DNA of 48,510 bases, taken from the NCBI GenBank assembly GCA_029717555.1, contig JAMDHS010000124.1:1-48510 (forward strand), in the 5' to 3' direction. The notes under the pieces are model-generated. The model had not been told where the DNA came from and searched no databases. It worked only from the letters and a program-made list of their open reading frames with translations. The DNA comes from Peribolospora baueri (Eukaryota). A program made the position numbers and the translations under genes. Every line of letters begins with the position of its first letter. Position 1 is the first letter of the stretch. This document shows positions 1 through 11,472 of the stretch, in pieces.

Positions 1-45
<45 letters not shown>

Positions 46-144
46 GGAAGGAAGGAAGGAAGGGGGGGTAGTAGGATCAGTCGGTTGGTTTGCCTCGAGG
101 TGGAAAGAACGGGATGACCCCGCCCCGGTGGTGACGGTAAAGGG

Positions 145-186
<42 letters not shown>
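1..186. repeat. Homopolymers G44 (1-44) and A42 (145-186) plus short GGAA repeats
   Basis: Directly visible. On the minus strand these are pyrimidine runs inside the last SDR intron. Run lengths at a sequence end may be inaccurate. Confidence 0.9.
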
Positions 187-189
<3 letters not shown>

Positions 190-1336
190 GAAACACGCGG
201 CGGGCGAAAGAGGGACCGGACCGCCCCTTCGAACACCCACTGAACCGGTTGAAAGACGTCGAGACGTGGCCTGGACTGGCGGCGTTTACTTTAAACTTGG
301 CTGTTGTTGGCGATGGGCGAAATGCCGGACGTTCAATTCAATTCAGAAGGAGAGAAGGGGGGGGAGACGGGGAGGAAGGGTGCGGTGGACGGCGCTCGTC
401 AGGGTGACGGGCTCTTCCATCTTCGTCGGCACTGTGATGGACGTGGGCAGTACTGACGATTGTGCTCAGGAAAAGCCTTGGCCTGCATGACGGTGACCAT
501 ATCTGCATCGTAGAGTCACACCGAGAAAGACAACGCGCGCAGTTGGTCAGCGTCGCCCCCTCCATGGCTCGTCTCGTCCGCTGTAGCCGCGCCGTTGTCG
601 TTATTTGTTGTCCCACTCACTCAACGCTGCCTTGGAGGCGTTATAGATCATGATCCCGGCACGGGCGTTGGGTATTTGAGACTGGAGGGTGAGCGACCCT
701 CTGGCAGAGCTCACGTTGACGATTCGAGGGAGATCCGACTTGGATAGGAGCGGAAGGAAGGCGTCTGTGTCGGTGAGAAGCGGACAATACGATCCAGAGG
801 CAAGGTATTAGATCGAGAACGCAGGGTGTTTGAGACCCAGAGAGCGGGAGAAACGGTTCTTCACTGGAGATTTGAATGACGCCTGACACGTTGGCCAAGA
901 ACACCTCCTGCGCGTCGTCCATGCTAGCCGTCTCCGTCGTAGGCCTCCTTTCCGCAGCCGCAAGCTCCTCGAACCGACGTTTGGGGAGCGCAAGACCGGC
1001 GTTATTGACCAGCACGTCGAGCTTGCCAAAGTCCTTCTCCACCGTGTCCACCGCGGCACGGATGGAGGAGGGGTCGGAGACGTCCAACGCGATCGCGGCG
1101 ACCCTGTTTTCTATCTCCTCGGCGCCCAGGCCGGCGCTCTCCTCTTTCAGCTTGGCGCGGAGGGCCGTGGCTCCTGCTTCGGCGTCGGCCGGGTTGCGGG
1201 CGGAGAGAAGGACAATATAGGAGTGTGGATTAGAGGCCAGCTGGCGTGCGACTTCGAAGCCGATACCCGTCGGGTTCCCCGAGCCCGTGACGAGCGCGAG
1301 GCGACGTCGAGGCGAGAAGGCGGAAGGAGCGGCCAT
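1..1336 (-). CDS. Short-chain dehydrogenase/reductase (carbonyl-reductase-like); 3' end runs off the window start
   Basis: Exon 1 has LALVTGSGNPTGIG (TGxxxxGxG-like) and LVNNAG. Spliced exons (~764-621, ~502-460, 300-241) give IVNVSS, catalytic YNASK and KVNAASPGHVST. The last visible intron (starts at 240) contains the poly-T/poly-C runs. Confidence 0.88.
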
Positions 1337-1543
1337 GGTGGTGAGGAGACTGTATCTGCAGTGGGACGAAGAGCGAAGTGAGAGTGCAGCTAGGAAGAGT
1401 GAATTCGTCGTGTGGCCAACCGTCCGCCTGCTCGCTCCTGTTTATCTAGTTTTCCTCCAGGTCGTCGCGCCTATCTCGAGCCGTGATGCCGACGCCGGCG
1501 ACGACGACACGTATGTGCCGGCTCGGCTCGATCAGCTCCGCCG

Positions 1544-1599
1544 GCGACTAGCGTCGTCAGCCGACTAGCGTCGTCAGCCGACTAGCGTCGTCAGCCGAC
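1544..1599. repeat. 17-bp tandem repeat CCGACTAGCGTCGTCAG, ~3.3 copies
   Basis: Units at 1544-1560 (one mismatch), 1561-1577 and 1578-1594, plus a partial unit. Confidence 0.92.
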
Positions 1600-1724
1600 C
1601 GCTGGATGGAGCCGTGGCCGGAGCCGAGGAACGCACACACAGCGAACGGGGCCATGCAAGTCGAAGCAGAAGTAGGGCGAGAAACCAATTTGGTCGGTGC
1701 CAATGTCGACGCAGCGTCGAATGG

Positions 1725-2043
1725 CGGTGACCGCCGGATGCAGTGAGCGGGTAAAGATTGTCGGTGACGTATCTGGCCGTCGTGTCCACGTGATTAGCAC
1801 GTGGCTGCTCACGTGCTCATGCTCCCATCTGTCCCGAGCGTCGGCGAGAACGGGGCGAGACGTAGGCGAAACAAAGCCACCACGTCCGCACTGACGTCCA
1901 GATAAAGGCGCACGATGAACGAGCGATATCGTTGGTCTCAATGCGTCTCGCTCACGTCGGAGAGCGCCGGAGGCACGCTCGCCTCGTATCGGGTCCTGGC
2001 GTGGCAGTGGCAGGACGGCCACGCCAACTGGTTTTTATTTAAA
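1725..2043 (+). promoter_or_regulatory. Putative AOX promoter: two CGG-N7-CGG elements, three CACGTG E-boxes, TATA-like element
   Basis: CGGTGACCGCCGGA at 1725-1738 and CGGAGAGCGCCGGA at 1958-1971. CACGTG at 1787, 1798 and 1810. TATTTAAA at 2036-2043. Confidence 0.5.
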
Positions 2044-2158
2044 TGGCAACGTCACCGCCCGCGACGACGACGCTCACCGCGCCGGCAGAGATACCTAGTA
2101 TAACACACGACTTCCGTCGTGTTCTCTGATTACCCTTGCCCTCGTCTCATCCTTCTCC

Positions 2159-4439
2159 ATGCTAGCTCACCACATACCGCCCCTGTCCTCGCCATGGGGC
2201 GGGGCAAGCACACACGCCCTCGCCGTCCGTCTTGGCCCCCTCGCCGGGTCGTCCATGCACTTGTCCGCGCGGGCCATGTCCAGCATGTCTTACTCGGTGG
2301 GCAGGCGACCCATCTCGACCCGCCGCCGACAGCACCTCCCCGTTTTCGCTTCCACCCCCATTCGCGCCGCACCGCTCGTCGGAGGGCACCCTTGGGGCGC
2401 GCCGGCGAATCGTCTGCTCTCCGCTGCCATCTCTGCCGCGCGCCCGTTCTCTACCACCCCGGTCCCGTCCGTCCCAGGCGCGATGAACAAGGAGATCAGC
2501 GATACCAGCGTCGAAGGCGCGGTTCACAGGAACGTAAAGCACGAGACGGAGGGCGGAGAGAAGGAAGAGGACAACAAGGTGAAGCAAGTGGAAGGCGATT
2601 GGGTACTTTCTCACCCCGTGAGTGGCACATTCCATCCTTCGGTCCTGGCCTGATGTTGGCCGACGACCGAGCAGAGCGGGGGAGTTTTTCACAATAAGGC
2701 TACTTACAGCACTACTTATGTGGTTTTGGTTTCTGTCCTTTTTTCCCGCTTTGCCCGCTTTCTTTCCTATGCAAAAGGTCTACACCCCCGCCGAGCTCCA
2801 GTCCGTCAAAGTAGCCCATATAGAGGCGAAGACGCTGAGCGACAAAGTAGCGATCTTGTTTGTGCACATACTACGGTGCGTTTCTTCCCGGTGGCTTGCA
2901 AGGTATCCGTCCATCACCCTGTGCTGAACCCGTCTCCATTTCTGGCTCGTGGTGGCTCACCACAGCATTGGCTTCGACGTCGCCACCCGTTACAAGCACA
3001 ACGACAACCTCCCTCCCTTGATCAAGAAAGATGGCGCAATTTACAAGGCTCTCGAAGAAGGCAAATCTCCTGGCTCTGCCGCCGCCGCTGCCGCTACTAA
3101 GCAAGCGACGGCAGGCGGGGATGCAACGCAAAAGCCCATGACACTCGAGGAAATGCGCAAGGAAGGACTCGTCATGGATGAGTGGCAGTGGCTTCGGAGG
3201 TGTATCTTCCTGGAGAGCATCGCTGGAGTACCTGGTGCGTTTCGTTCCTTCCGTCTGTTCATCTCTCGCACGTCGCTTTCCCCGCGCGGTGAGCGATCGC
3301 TTAATTCTCGGCCATATCCCGTTCTCTTCCTCAAATCAAACAGGCATGGTGGCCGCCATGCTCCGCCACCTCCGCTCCATGCGTCTCATGCGTCGCGACG
3401 GAGGCTGGATTCATACCCTCTTGGAGGAGAGCGAGAACGAACGTATGCACCTGCTTACCTTCCTCCAACTCAGACATCCCGGCTGGTTCTTCCGCGCCAT
3501 GGTGATAGGCGCGCAAGGGTAGGTTTCTTTTCCGGCTGATTGGAACAGCGGTGGGGCCAGCGCATGTTATCAGTGAGATGTGGCTTGAGAAAGCTCAACC
3601 TTCATCCCCCGCCGTCCTTCTTTAACCCACCCGGCATACAGAGTCTTTTTCAATGTATTCTTCCTCTGCTACCTCATCAGCCCCAGGACTTGCCACCGCT
3701 TCGTAGGTGTTTTGGAGGAAGAGGCGGTTGTGACGTACACGAGGTTGATTGAAGAAATGGAGGAGGGCAGGTTACCTGAGTGGTGAGTCGGCACGCAGGT
3801 TCGCAGTACGAGGGAGGACGAGTTCGGCGACATGTGTGCTGACAACCCACCTCTATCTCGCCAATTGGACAGGGTCGGCCATCCCGCACCGGACATCGCC
3901 AAACGCTACTGGTATGTCTGGACTTCTATAGTTCTATTCTTTTCCGCGTGTGCAGTCCTCGTCGCTTCCTTCACCAAGCGCCGGCACTCAAAATATGCTT
4001 TTGTCTCTGCCATTTCTCCGCTCAAACCGATGTTTGACGCGCGCAGGCGCCTCAACACTGACGCGACTCTCTTGGACACCATCTACGCCATCCGCGCTGA
4101 CGAGGCCACGCACCGCTTCGTGAACCACAGCTTGGCCTCTCTGGATCAGAAGTCGTGAGTGCCCGTCTGGGTCACTTCCGATTCGGCTCACCTCCAAACC
4201 TATTCGGCACGCCCACCTTCGCTCATGTCCCCGCTTCTCTCCATTCCATCTTCCTACCATCCCACCCGATCTATTTTCCCATTTTTCGTCTCCAAAGCGA
4301 CTTCAACCCCTTCGCGATCCGCGACCCGCCGGCAGAGATGCGCGGCGAAAAGTGGGGTCTGACCAAAGAGGAGGCGGCGCAGTGGTCAGAGGAGGCTGCG
4401 GCGATTGCGGAAAAGGGGGCGTCGAGGGACAAGGATTGA
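2159..4439 (+). CDS. AOX1: Mitochondrial alternative oxidase, 8 exons
   Basis: Di-iron motifs [34 protein letters not shown] and [10 protein letters not shown]-terminal [10 protein letters not shown] and an Arg/Ser-rich presequence. Seven GT-AG introns join the frames. The start codon (2159 versus downstream ATGs) is uncertain. Confidence 0.96.
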
Positions 4440-5248
4440 GCGAAGGACGGGGAGGCAAGGGCTTCGCTATGGACGGACTCGACTGGATGGAGAAGTCGGT
4501 CGAGCGATCCGGGAGTTGGGCTGTCTCCTCTTTCATTCGCCTCATTTCAAGAACGGGGGCATTACCTCTTTTCTCCTCCCCTCTCTCCGGTTCTCTATTA
4601 ACGCGCGCTTCACTAAAACCTTAACCTGTCGTCCCTAGGTGCGCCTCGCCGTGCGGACCATAGGTGGGTGGAAGCGTTGTACTCATACCGCAAGCGCCTT
4701 TGCCCTAGGCCATTCTGTTCCTGTTCTGTTATGTTCCTCTCGTTCTCTCTTCATCGGTCCATCCCTCGGGTGGAGGAAGGATCCCCGTGTATTCTGGATA
4801 TCGTGGAGGTTTTACTAGCTGGCTTCGGAAAATCAATCCCACCTCTCAATTCATCAATGAATGGACGATGATGCCTCGTCTCCTCATGCTTGGCTAGATT
4901 CGTCAGGTCTTGCGTCCCTCCAGACTGAGGTCCTTGACGAAGGCCGCAAAGCCACAAAGTCCCGTGTGCTAGTGATGCTACACACACGTTACTTCAGAGG
5001 CCATCGCCTCATCGGACATTCTATACAGACGATCCATGGATCTCGTATGACACAAGGCGCTCTCTTAGACAGGCTGAGGCACGTGGTGCCTCTTATCATC
5101 TCTTGCGGGGCGTGATCCTGTCATGCGGCAAGAACGGGTGATCAGCCCTTATCAGCTGCAAACACTGCGGTAATAGTCGGGTTAACGGAGTGCTTGCTCA
5201 GCTCGTGTCTAAACACCGTTCCTTGCACGCCTCATCCCCCTGCAAGCC

Positions 5249-6948
5249 ATGAGTCCCTCATCGCCGTCGCTCCCCATCATTGACCCTACCCCCTACTTCC
5301 TTCCCCTATCGGAGGCGAATGTCCCCGAGGCCCGGAAGAAGGCAGCCAAGGAGATCTACGATGCCACACGCCAGTTCGGCTTCTTCTACCTGCGCGTCCC
5401 TACCGAAGGGTGGCATAAGCGCGAAGGAAAAGGAAAAGGTGGTAGGGTGGATGCCGAGGAGGCGAAGCGAGTGTTGCAACTTGCTAGAGAATTCTTCGCG
5501 CGCCCCAATGAGGAGAAGGAGAGGTGAGTCGTGTGGCTTTCCCGGACGTTCGCAGTGGACTTCGATTGATGATCGCTTGGACGGATGCTTCACCAGACTC
5601 GCAATCAAGAACTCGGACATGGCTCGGGGTGGGTGGAGGCTTGTCGTCCGTATTCTCAAGCTTGCTTTGGATACTTCTCTCATCTGGCACATTTTCTTGT
5701 CGTTCTCTGGCCCGCCCCATCGCAGGATACCAGCGCCTGGGCGAGAACGTCACAGCCTACAAGGCCGACTACCATGAAGGCCTGGACATGTACCGCCCGG
5801 TGACCTCTCCGCCGCCTAACCCCTCCCACTCCTCATTTGAGGGCCGCTACCCTCCGCTGCAGGGTCCGAACCAGTGGCCGGACGTCGAGGGCTTTCGAGA
5901 GACTTATGAAAGTTGGATGGAGAGTATGAAGGAGCTGGGTATGGTCGTCATGCTCATGATGGGTGATGGACTGGGCATGGAGGAGGAGGAAAAGAAGCAG
6001 TTGTTGGGCAAGGTGAACGATTCCTTTTGGGTGTGTAGACCTGTCCTATCGCTGGTCGGCTTCTTCTCTTCTTGAAAGACTCACGTTCCGGCGTGCCTGA
6101 TGGTCCTTTCTGTTCCCATTTCTAGGTCATGCGTGCGATAGGCTATCCGCCTTTGCCACCAGGCCACAATGGCTATTCATGTGAACCATCTCTTGACTTG
6201 CAGTCGGCCCTTATCAGTTCTGCTCTTAATCTTTCTTATTTGTCCGTGGACCTCTGCGTCCCTTGCAGGTGGTGCCCACCGCGACTATGGCTGTCTGACC
6301 TTTCTCCTAGCCGACAGCACAAAGGGCGCACTCCAAGTCCTCATGCGAGATCCGAACGCCAAGCTGGACGATGCAGAGACGGACGTGGCGGGGGTGAACG
6401 GGGAGGATGAGAAGGGGCAATGGATCGGCGCCGACCCCATTGACGGATGTGTGGTCGTCAACATCGGCGATATGAGCCCCTATTTCCCATCTTCGTCGGG
6501 CTTCTGGGCATGCCAACCTCGATCTGGCGTTCGTCTCATTATCGTTTACTTTCGTATTTGCAAAACAGATGTGGGACCTCTGGACGGCTTCCCACTTCCC
6601 TTCCACCCTCCATCGCGTCATCCACAGAGGCACGAACTACCGCGTCTCCATTCCCTTCTTCTTTGAGCCCAACTATGACACGTTCGTCGAGCCCCTGCCC
6701 TCTGCCTTGCGCATCCTCGAGAGGGAGCGCAGCAAGGACTGGCTGCAAAGGGAGATGGAAAGCGGGAAATGGAAGGGCATCCGCTACGGTGACTGGCTCA
6801 TGGGAAAGGTAAGCATATTCGCTCTCGACGACGCACGCCTCGCTTCCCCACCCCACCGGCTTGCTTGACATGCCTCCTACTCTTAACCTGTTTTTGCCTC
6901 GCCTCCCCACGGCTCCAGGTCACCAACAACTTTGCAGTAGAGGACTAA
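5249..6948 (+). CDS. 2-oxoglutarate/Fe(II) dioxygenase (DIOX_N + 2OG-FeII_Oxy, IPNS/flavonol-synthase-like fold), 7 exons
   Basis: LPIID...FGFFYL, ARGYQRLGENVT, HxD motif GAHRDYGCLT, VNIG[D/E]MW, STLHRV and RVSIPFF (RxS). Stop TAA at 6946-6948. One intron needs a non-canonical donor (see findings). Confidence 0.92.
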
Positions 6949-7514
6949 TTCTGCACATTTGCTAGAGAAGGAGACTCTGTGACAAGATTTAAAGAGAACG
7001 CGTGCAGGTTGCTGCAACGAACAAGTTACCAAGGAACCAGGGCGAACACGATCGCACCTCTGCTACGCGGCAACCAGCTTATTCCTGCACCCTTCCTCTT
7101 TCTTCCCCTCTGCACTTTCTCTCCACGCAATAAGGCTTCCGCCTCCGCCCAACGTCCGCCTTCGAACACAGACTGTACGGTCGTATCGCCGGTGATGTTG
7201 GATCCTCTTCCAGAAACACGAGATTGCAGACTCAGCGTATCTAACCTTCGCTTCAGAAATCTACCGCAGGCGTGAGGCGAAAGGACGCGATGCTAAGTGA
7301 TCTAGTAGGTGGACGAAGTGCGGGGAAAACCAATGGGCAAAGAGGGAGGAAAGAAGACGAACGAGGGGCCAATGAACAAAAATGGGCGTGCGAATGAATG
7401 TAAGAATGCTGGTATATGATCCATGACGTTAACTTCTCGACACAAAAAAAAAAAAAATGGGACGGAGAGTGATCGAAAAGCCACCACGGCTCGCGCTTCG
7501 GACGGCGGGTTGGC

Positions 7515-10370
7515 TCATGCCCAGCCTACGGCGATGCCTTGACAAGCTTCCCACCACCGCCCGACAGCCATCAAGAATGAGGAGCCGAGGAAATGGGCGA
7601 AAGGCAGAGCGAAAGCACCATCGCCGCTGTCCGAAAGCCCATCCGAAACGACAGGGACGGCAGCACAGCTGAACGCGTCCCTCTCGTTGTGAAAGACCTT
7701 GGTAGCGCGGTAATGAGCGAGAATGGCGAGCACGATGGCGACGTGCCAGAACTGGTGCGAATGGCCCCAGAAGTCGAACCTGCCCGGCGAGACGGACTCA
7801 GGAAACTGGAAAGCGTACAGGATCAGGCCTGAGATGTAGCAGAGAAGCGAGGGAATGATGGGCCCTGTTGCAGCGGTGAAGAGGAATAAATGGAAACGGT
7901 AAGATGATCAGTGCCTCATCAAAACCCGGCCTCGCTCACCGCGCGTGAGGTGGGACATCTTGTACTCACTGAAAAAGTTGAGCGTCTCCTGCTCCCCATG
8001 CTTATACGACATGTGAGCGAGCGGGGCGAGAGCGGTGGCGCACATGCCCAGGAAGACACAAATCCGGCGAAATTTGTTTACTGTAGGAGGCGAACGATCA
8101 GCCCGCGTCGGATGGGACATGCCAGAATGATCGTCAATCCAGAGCTTCCCTGCAAGACAGCTGCGTGTTTTGTCCGAGGCAAGCTGAGAACAAAAACTCA
8201 CCACGCTTGTTCCACCAAGCCTGCAACGGCAGCACCGAGCCCACGATACCAGTCAAGAGTGTGGTGATGCCGTAGATGATGGCCAGGTTGGGTTGACAGT
8301 AGAAGCTTCAAAAAATCGGTGAAAGGAGCAAAGTCAGTGCTATCCGAAACGCGCTCATCATCTCGAGCCACCTGGTCTAAGTAGGTAAGTAGGATATTCA
8401 CCCATTATAGATGACTGTCCAAATGGAAGCCGCGACGAGCCAGGAAATACCGCAAAAGTCCATCGTCGCGCAGCTGATCCAGGAGGGGGACCACCGAATT
8501 GGTCAACAGCGTCAGTCCGAGCTCCAGTTTATACTCCCGCTCCGTCGTTGCTCGTGTACCCTGGACGGCTCACCTTTCCATCCACCTCCTCTCCGCACAC
8601 CCAGACATGACATGCCACCCAACGCTCATCGCTAAACATGCGATGCCAGCGACGAGATAGATGGAATTGGTGAGCCGGTCGAAACCGGTGTAGAGCGCAC
8701 CGAGCTGTGCGTCGTCTGCCAGGAACTGGTAGAGGAGGAGGGGAATGATGATGAAGATGCCCATAAGGTGGGTGTGAATATTGCCCGTCTCGTTGTGTAG
8801 GGTGAAGGTGGAGAGGACGAGGGTGCGCCAGGAGGTCACGGGAATGAACCTGGATGGCGGATAATCGAGCAAGGTGAAACGGATTCGTTGAAAGCCGAAA
8901 AGGTACAGAGAGCGTTTCAGTAGATGTTCCAATGTCGGACAGGAGACGAGAAGGAGGACAGAGAACGGCCGGCGATGCTTCTTTACGAATGCTCACCGAT
9001 ACCCGTGCCTGATGCACTCGTTATTCTTCCAAGCATTCGGCAAATCATCGTACCCGATAAGCTTCCTTCCGCCTTCGGCGACATGCAAAGCAGCCTTGAC
9101 GAGTGTCTCTTCTGCCTCCAACAGCGCGTGCTCCGCCTTATCCATCATTCGCTCCGCGACCTCCTCTGCAGAATGAATGACGGAGTTGGCCCGCCGACGC
9201 GTCGCCGCAGAGAAGGAGGAGAGCTTTTCCTCTAGACTCTTTCGACTCTCGCTGGTTGGCTTCCAAGATCGGGCCAATGCGTGAGGCTGAAAGGCGACCG
9301 GGTCGGCTGAGGGATCGAAGGGAAGAGAGAGGGACAAGCGAGACATAGCGTCCTTGAGGGCGTCCAACCTCGTCTGCATCTCTTCGAAGAGCGCACCCGC
9401 CCCCGTCGGAGAGGGGAAGTGCTTGGTCAAGGGCTGCAAGATGGAAGCAAACACTTTCGACAGATCTGGCAGCGCGGGAGCGAATCGAAGGGCAGCTAGA
9501 CCGGGAAGGCTTGGCAGGTCGGGGTCCATCTCATGGTCCGCAGCGATGGCAGAGGCAGAGGTCGCGCCGCTTTCCGAAGTGTCGTGAGAGATGGTTGGGC
9601 CGAGGCATTTGGGCCGAGGCAGGGTTATGCTGAACTGGTTCGAAAGACGTTCCCAGTCCGCGGCAAGAGAAGCGGGCCGAGCGACGAAAGCCTCCTTAGG
9701 AGAAGGGAAGGGGAGCGCTGTCGAGGAGGAAGGGAGGAGCAACGAAAGCTGGCGAAGGTCCTCCTTCAGCGCTTCCAGATGGGAGTAGACGGGTGCAAGC
9801 AGAGAAGCTGTGCGCGCGCTGGACGTGAGCTCGTCTTCGTCCACACCTTCGATACGAGAAAAGAAAGGAGAGAGCTTCTGGAGGCGGTGCTCGAGCTCGG
9901 AGAGGTAGGACGATAAATGTGCCCGTAGCGAGGTGATGGCGTAGGGAAGGGTCTGAGGAAGATCCAGCTGAAAAGAAATGAAAGGGCAGGAAGGCCAAGG
10001 TGAGCGACTCAGTTTGCGGACGTCGGCATGATCATCAAAAGCGACAGCGACAAAAACAGCATCAAGAACTCACGTATTCTATCGCAGAACGGCTCATCCG
10101 GCTACGGCTGCCGCCTTCTACGATGCCTATCATCATTCCCTCCCACGCCTTCCCAGCCCTCACGATCCCCACCATTGGCCACTCCCATTCGTTACCGAGG
10201 AAGTTGCATCGCTCCGACGCAGATGCAGTATCGGCAGAGGTGGTGGCGAGCGCTTTTCGTAGGCGGGGGGTTCGCAAAGAGGTAGAATGAGAGTAGGCGC
10301 GGCGGTGAAAGGTGCGACGGGATTGAGTCGTAGCAGAGGTGCGGACGGCATCGGTCGGCTGGGCGGACAT
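7515..10370 (-). CDS. PAQR / hemolysin-III (IZH-like) membrane protein with long N-terminal extension, 7 exons
   Basis: LPNAWKNNECIRHGYRF, TLHNETGNIHTHL, SVGWHVMSGC, MDFCGIS and FPESVSPGRFDFWGHSHQFWH. Six GT-AG introns. Confidence 0.92.
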
Positions 10371-11472
10371 GATACAACGAACGTCCTTGATGCAAGAAAA
10401 CAGATACGGATAGCCAAACGAAAGGGCTCTGGGTGGCGACCAGGATACAAGAAATGCTAGGCTGTGGCGTACGCAGATCCGGCCCCCGAAGGATCAACCG
10501 AAGTCTTGAGCGAGACAGTAAGAAACGAAGTGCGAGAAAGACGGGAAGCGCCGGGTGGGCGTGAAATATTAGTGAGCAGGAAAACAAGAACGTGGGCGCG
10601 AGAAGAAGAGTGGGTGGAATAGAGGCGAAGGAGAGCGGACGGAGACGGAGCGTGTGGGACAGGCGAGATCGTTCGGCGAGCGGCAGCACGTTCAGCGGGC
10701 GGAAGTAGTCACGTGGAAAAATTCGATCACGTGCCAGAGACCATGATTTCAAATTGCCGGCGTCGGTGGCCGTCCACTTCATCACTCCTTCGTCCATCTC
10801 AGGTGCATCTATCTGTGCACAATCCAGTCCAAGCCAAGCTACCGCGCCGTGCGTGAGGGTCAGAGGCGAGAAGGCAGAAGACCGTTCCTGCGAGTCAGGA
10901 GGGACACGCCCTGTGTCTGCTTGAGAGCAGTCCTGGATGTAGCTGCAGAAGTGGCACCTGCTGAGGGACGGGAAAAGGATTCAGTCTCAGAATAGTAACG
11001 TCGGTCGGAGCGGCATGGGCCCCCGTCCAAGTAACCTCTGGAGCCCCTTTCCCTTCTCCAGCTCCCATCCGCATTCGCTCAACAACGAAATCTCAACCCC
11101 CCTTTTCGATCCTCGATCCATCTGGCGCCATCTCTGATCCCGAAGCAGGCAACTGACCTCCAACATCTGCGCGGTCGTTGGTCCGAACGCGGAGAGCAAT
11201 CGCAGGTGTGGCACACGAGGCCCATCATATTGCAGCCGTTGCCGGAAAGGGACGCACGTTCCACACCGCGTAGGATCGCTAAACTCGACACTCCATTTTT
11301 TCTTCATGACCACAGCCTGGCGGCAACTGTGACCAACTCCACTCAGCACCCAACCCGCCCGCCTACTCACCGCCTCCTTGGTTGTTCGCCGTGTGCGCAC
11401 AGACATCCGAGCGACAGGAACCGCACCTCGTCTGAGGTCACCTTGTCTTCATACGCCCTGGACTGTACCATC

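Noticed and set aside
128..490. 120-aa poly-Lys ORF on the plus strand
   Set aside because: It is a translation of the A42 run, antisense to SDR exons and introns.
1544..1599. CRISPR-like repeat
   Set aside because: The repeats are contiguous with no spacers, the context is eukaryotic, and there are no cas genes.
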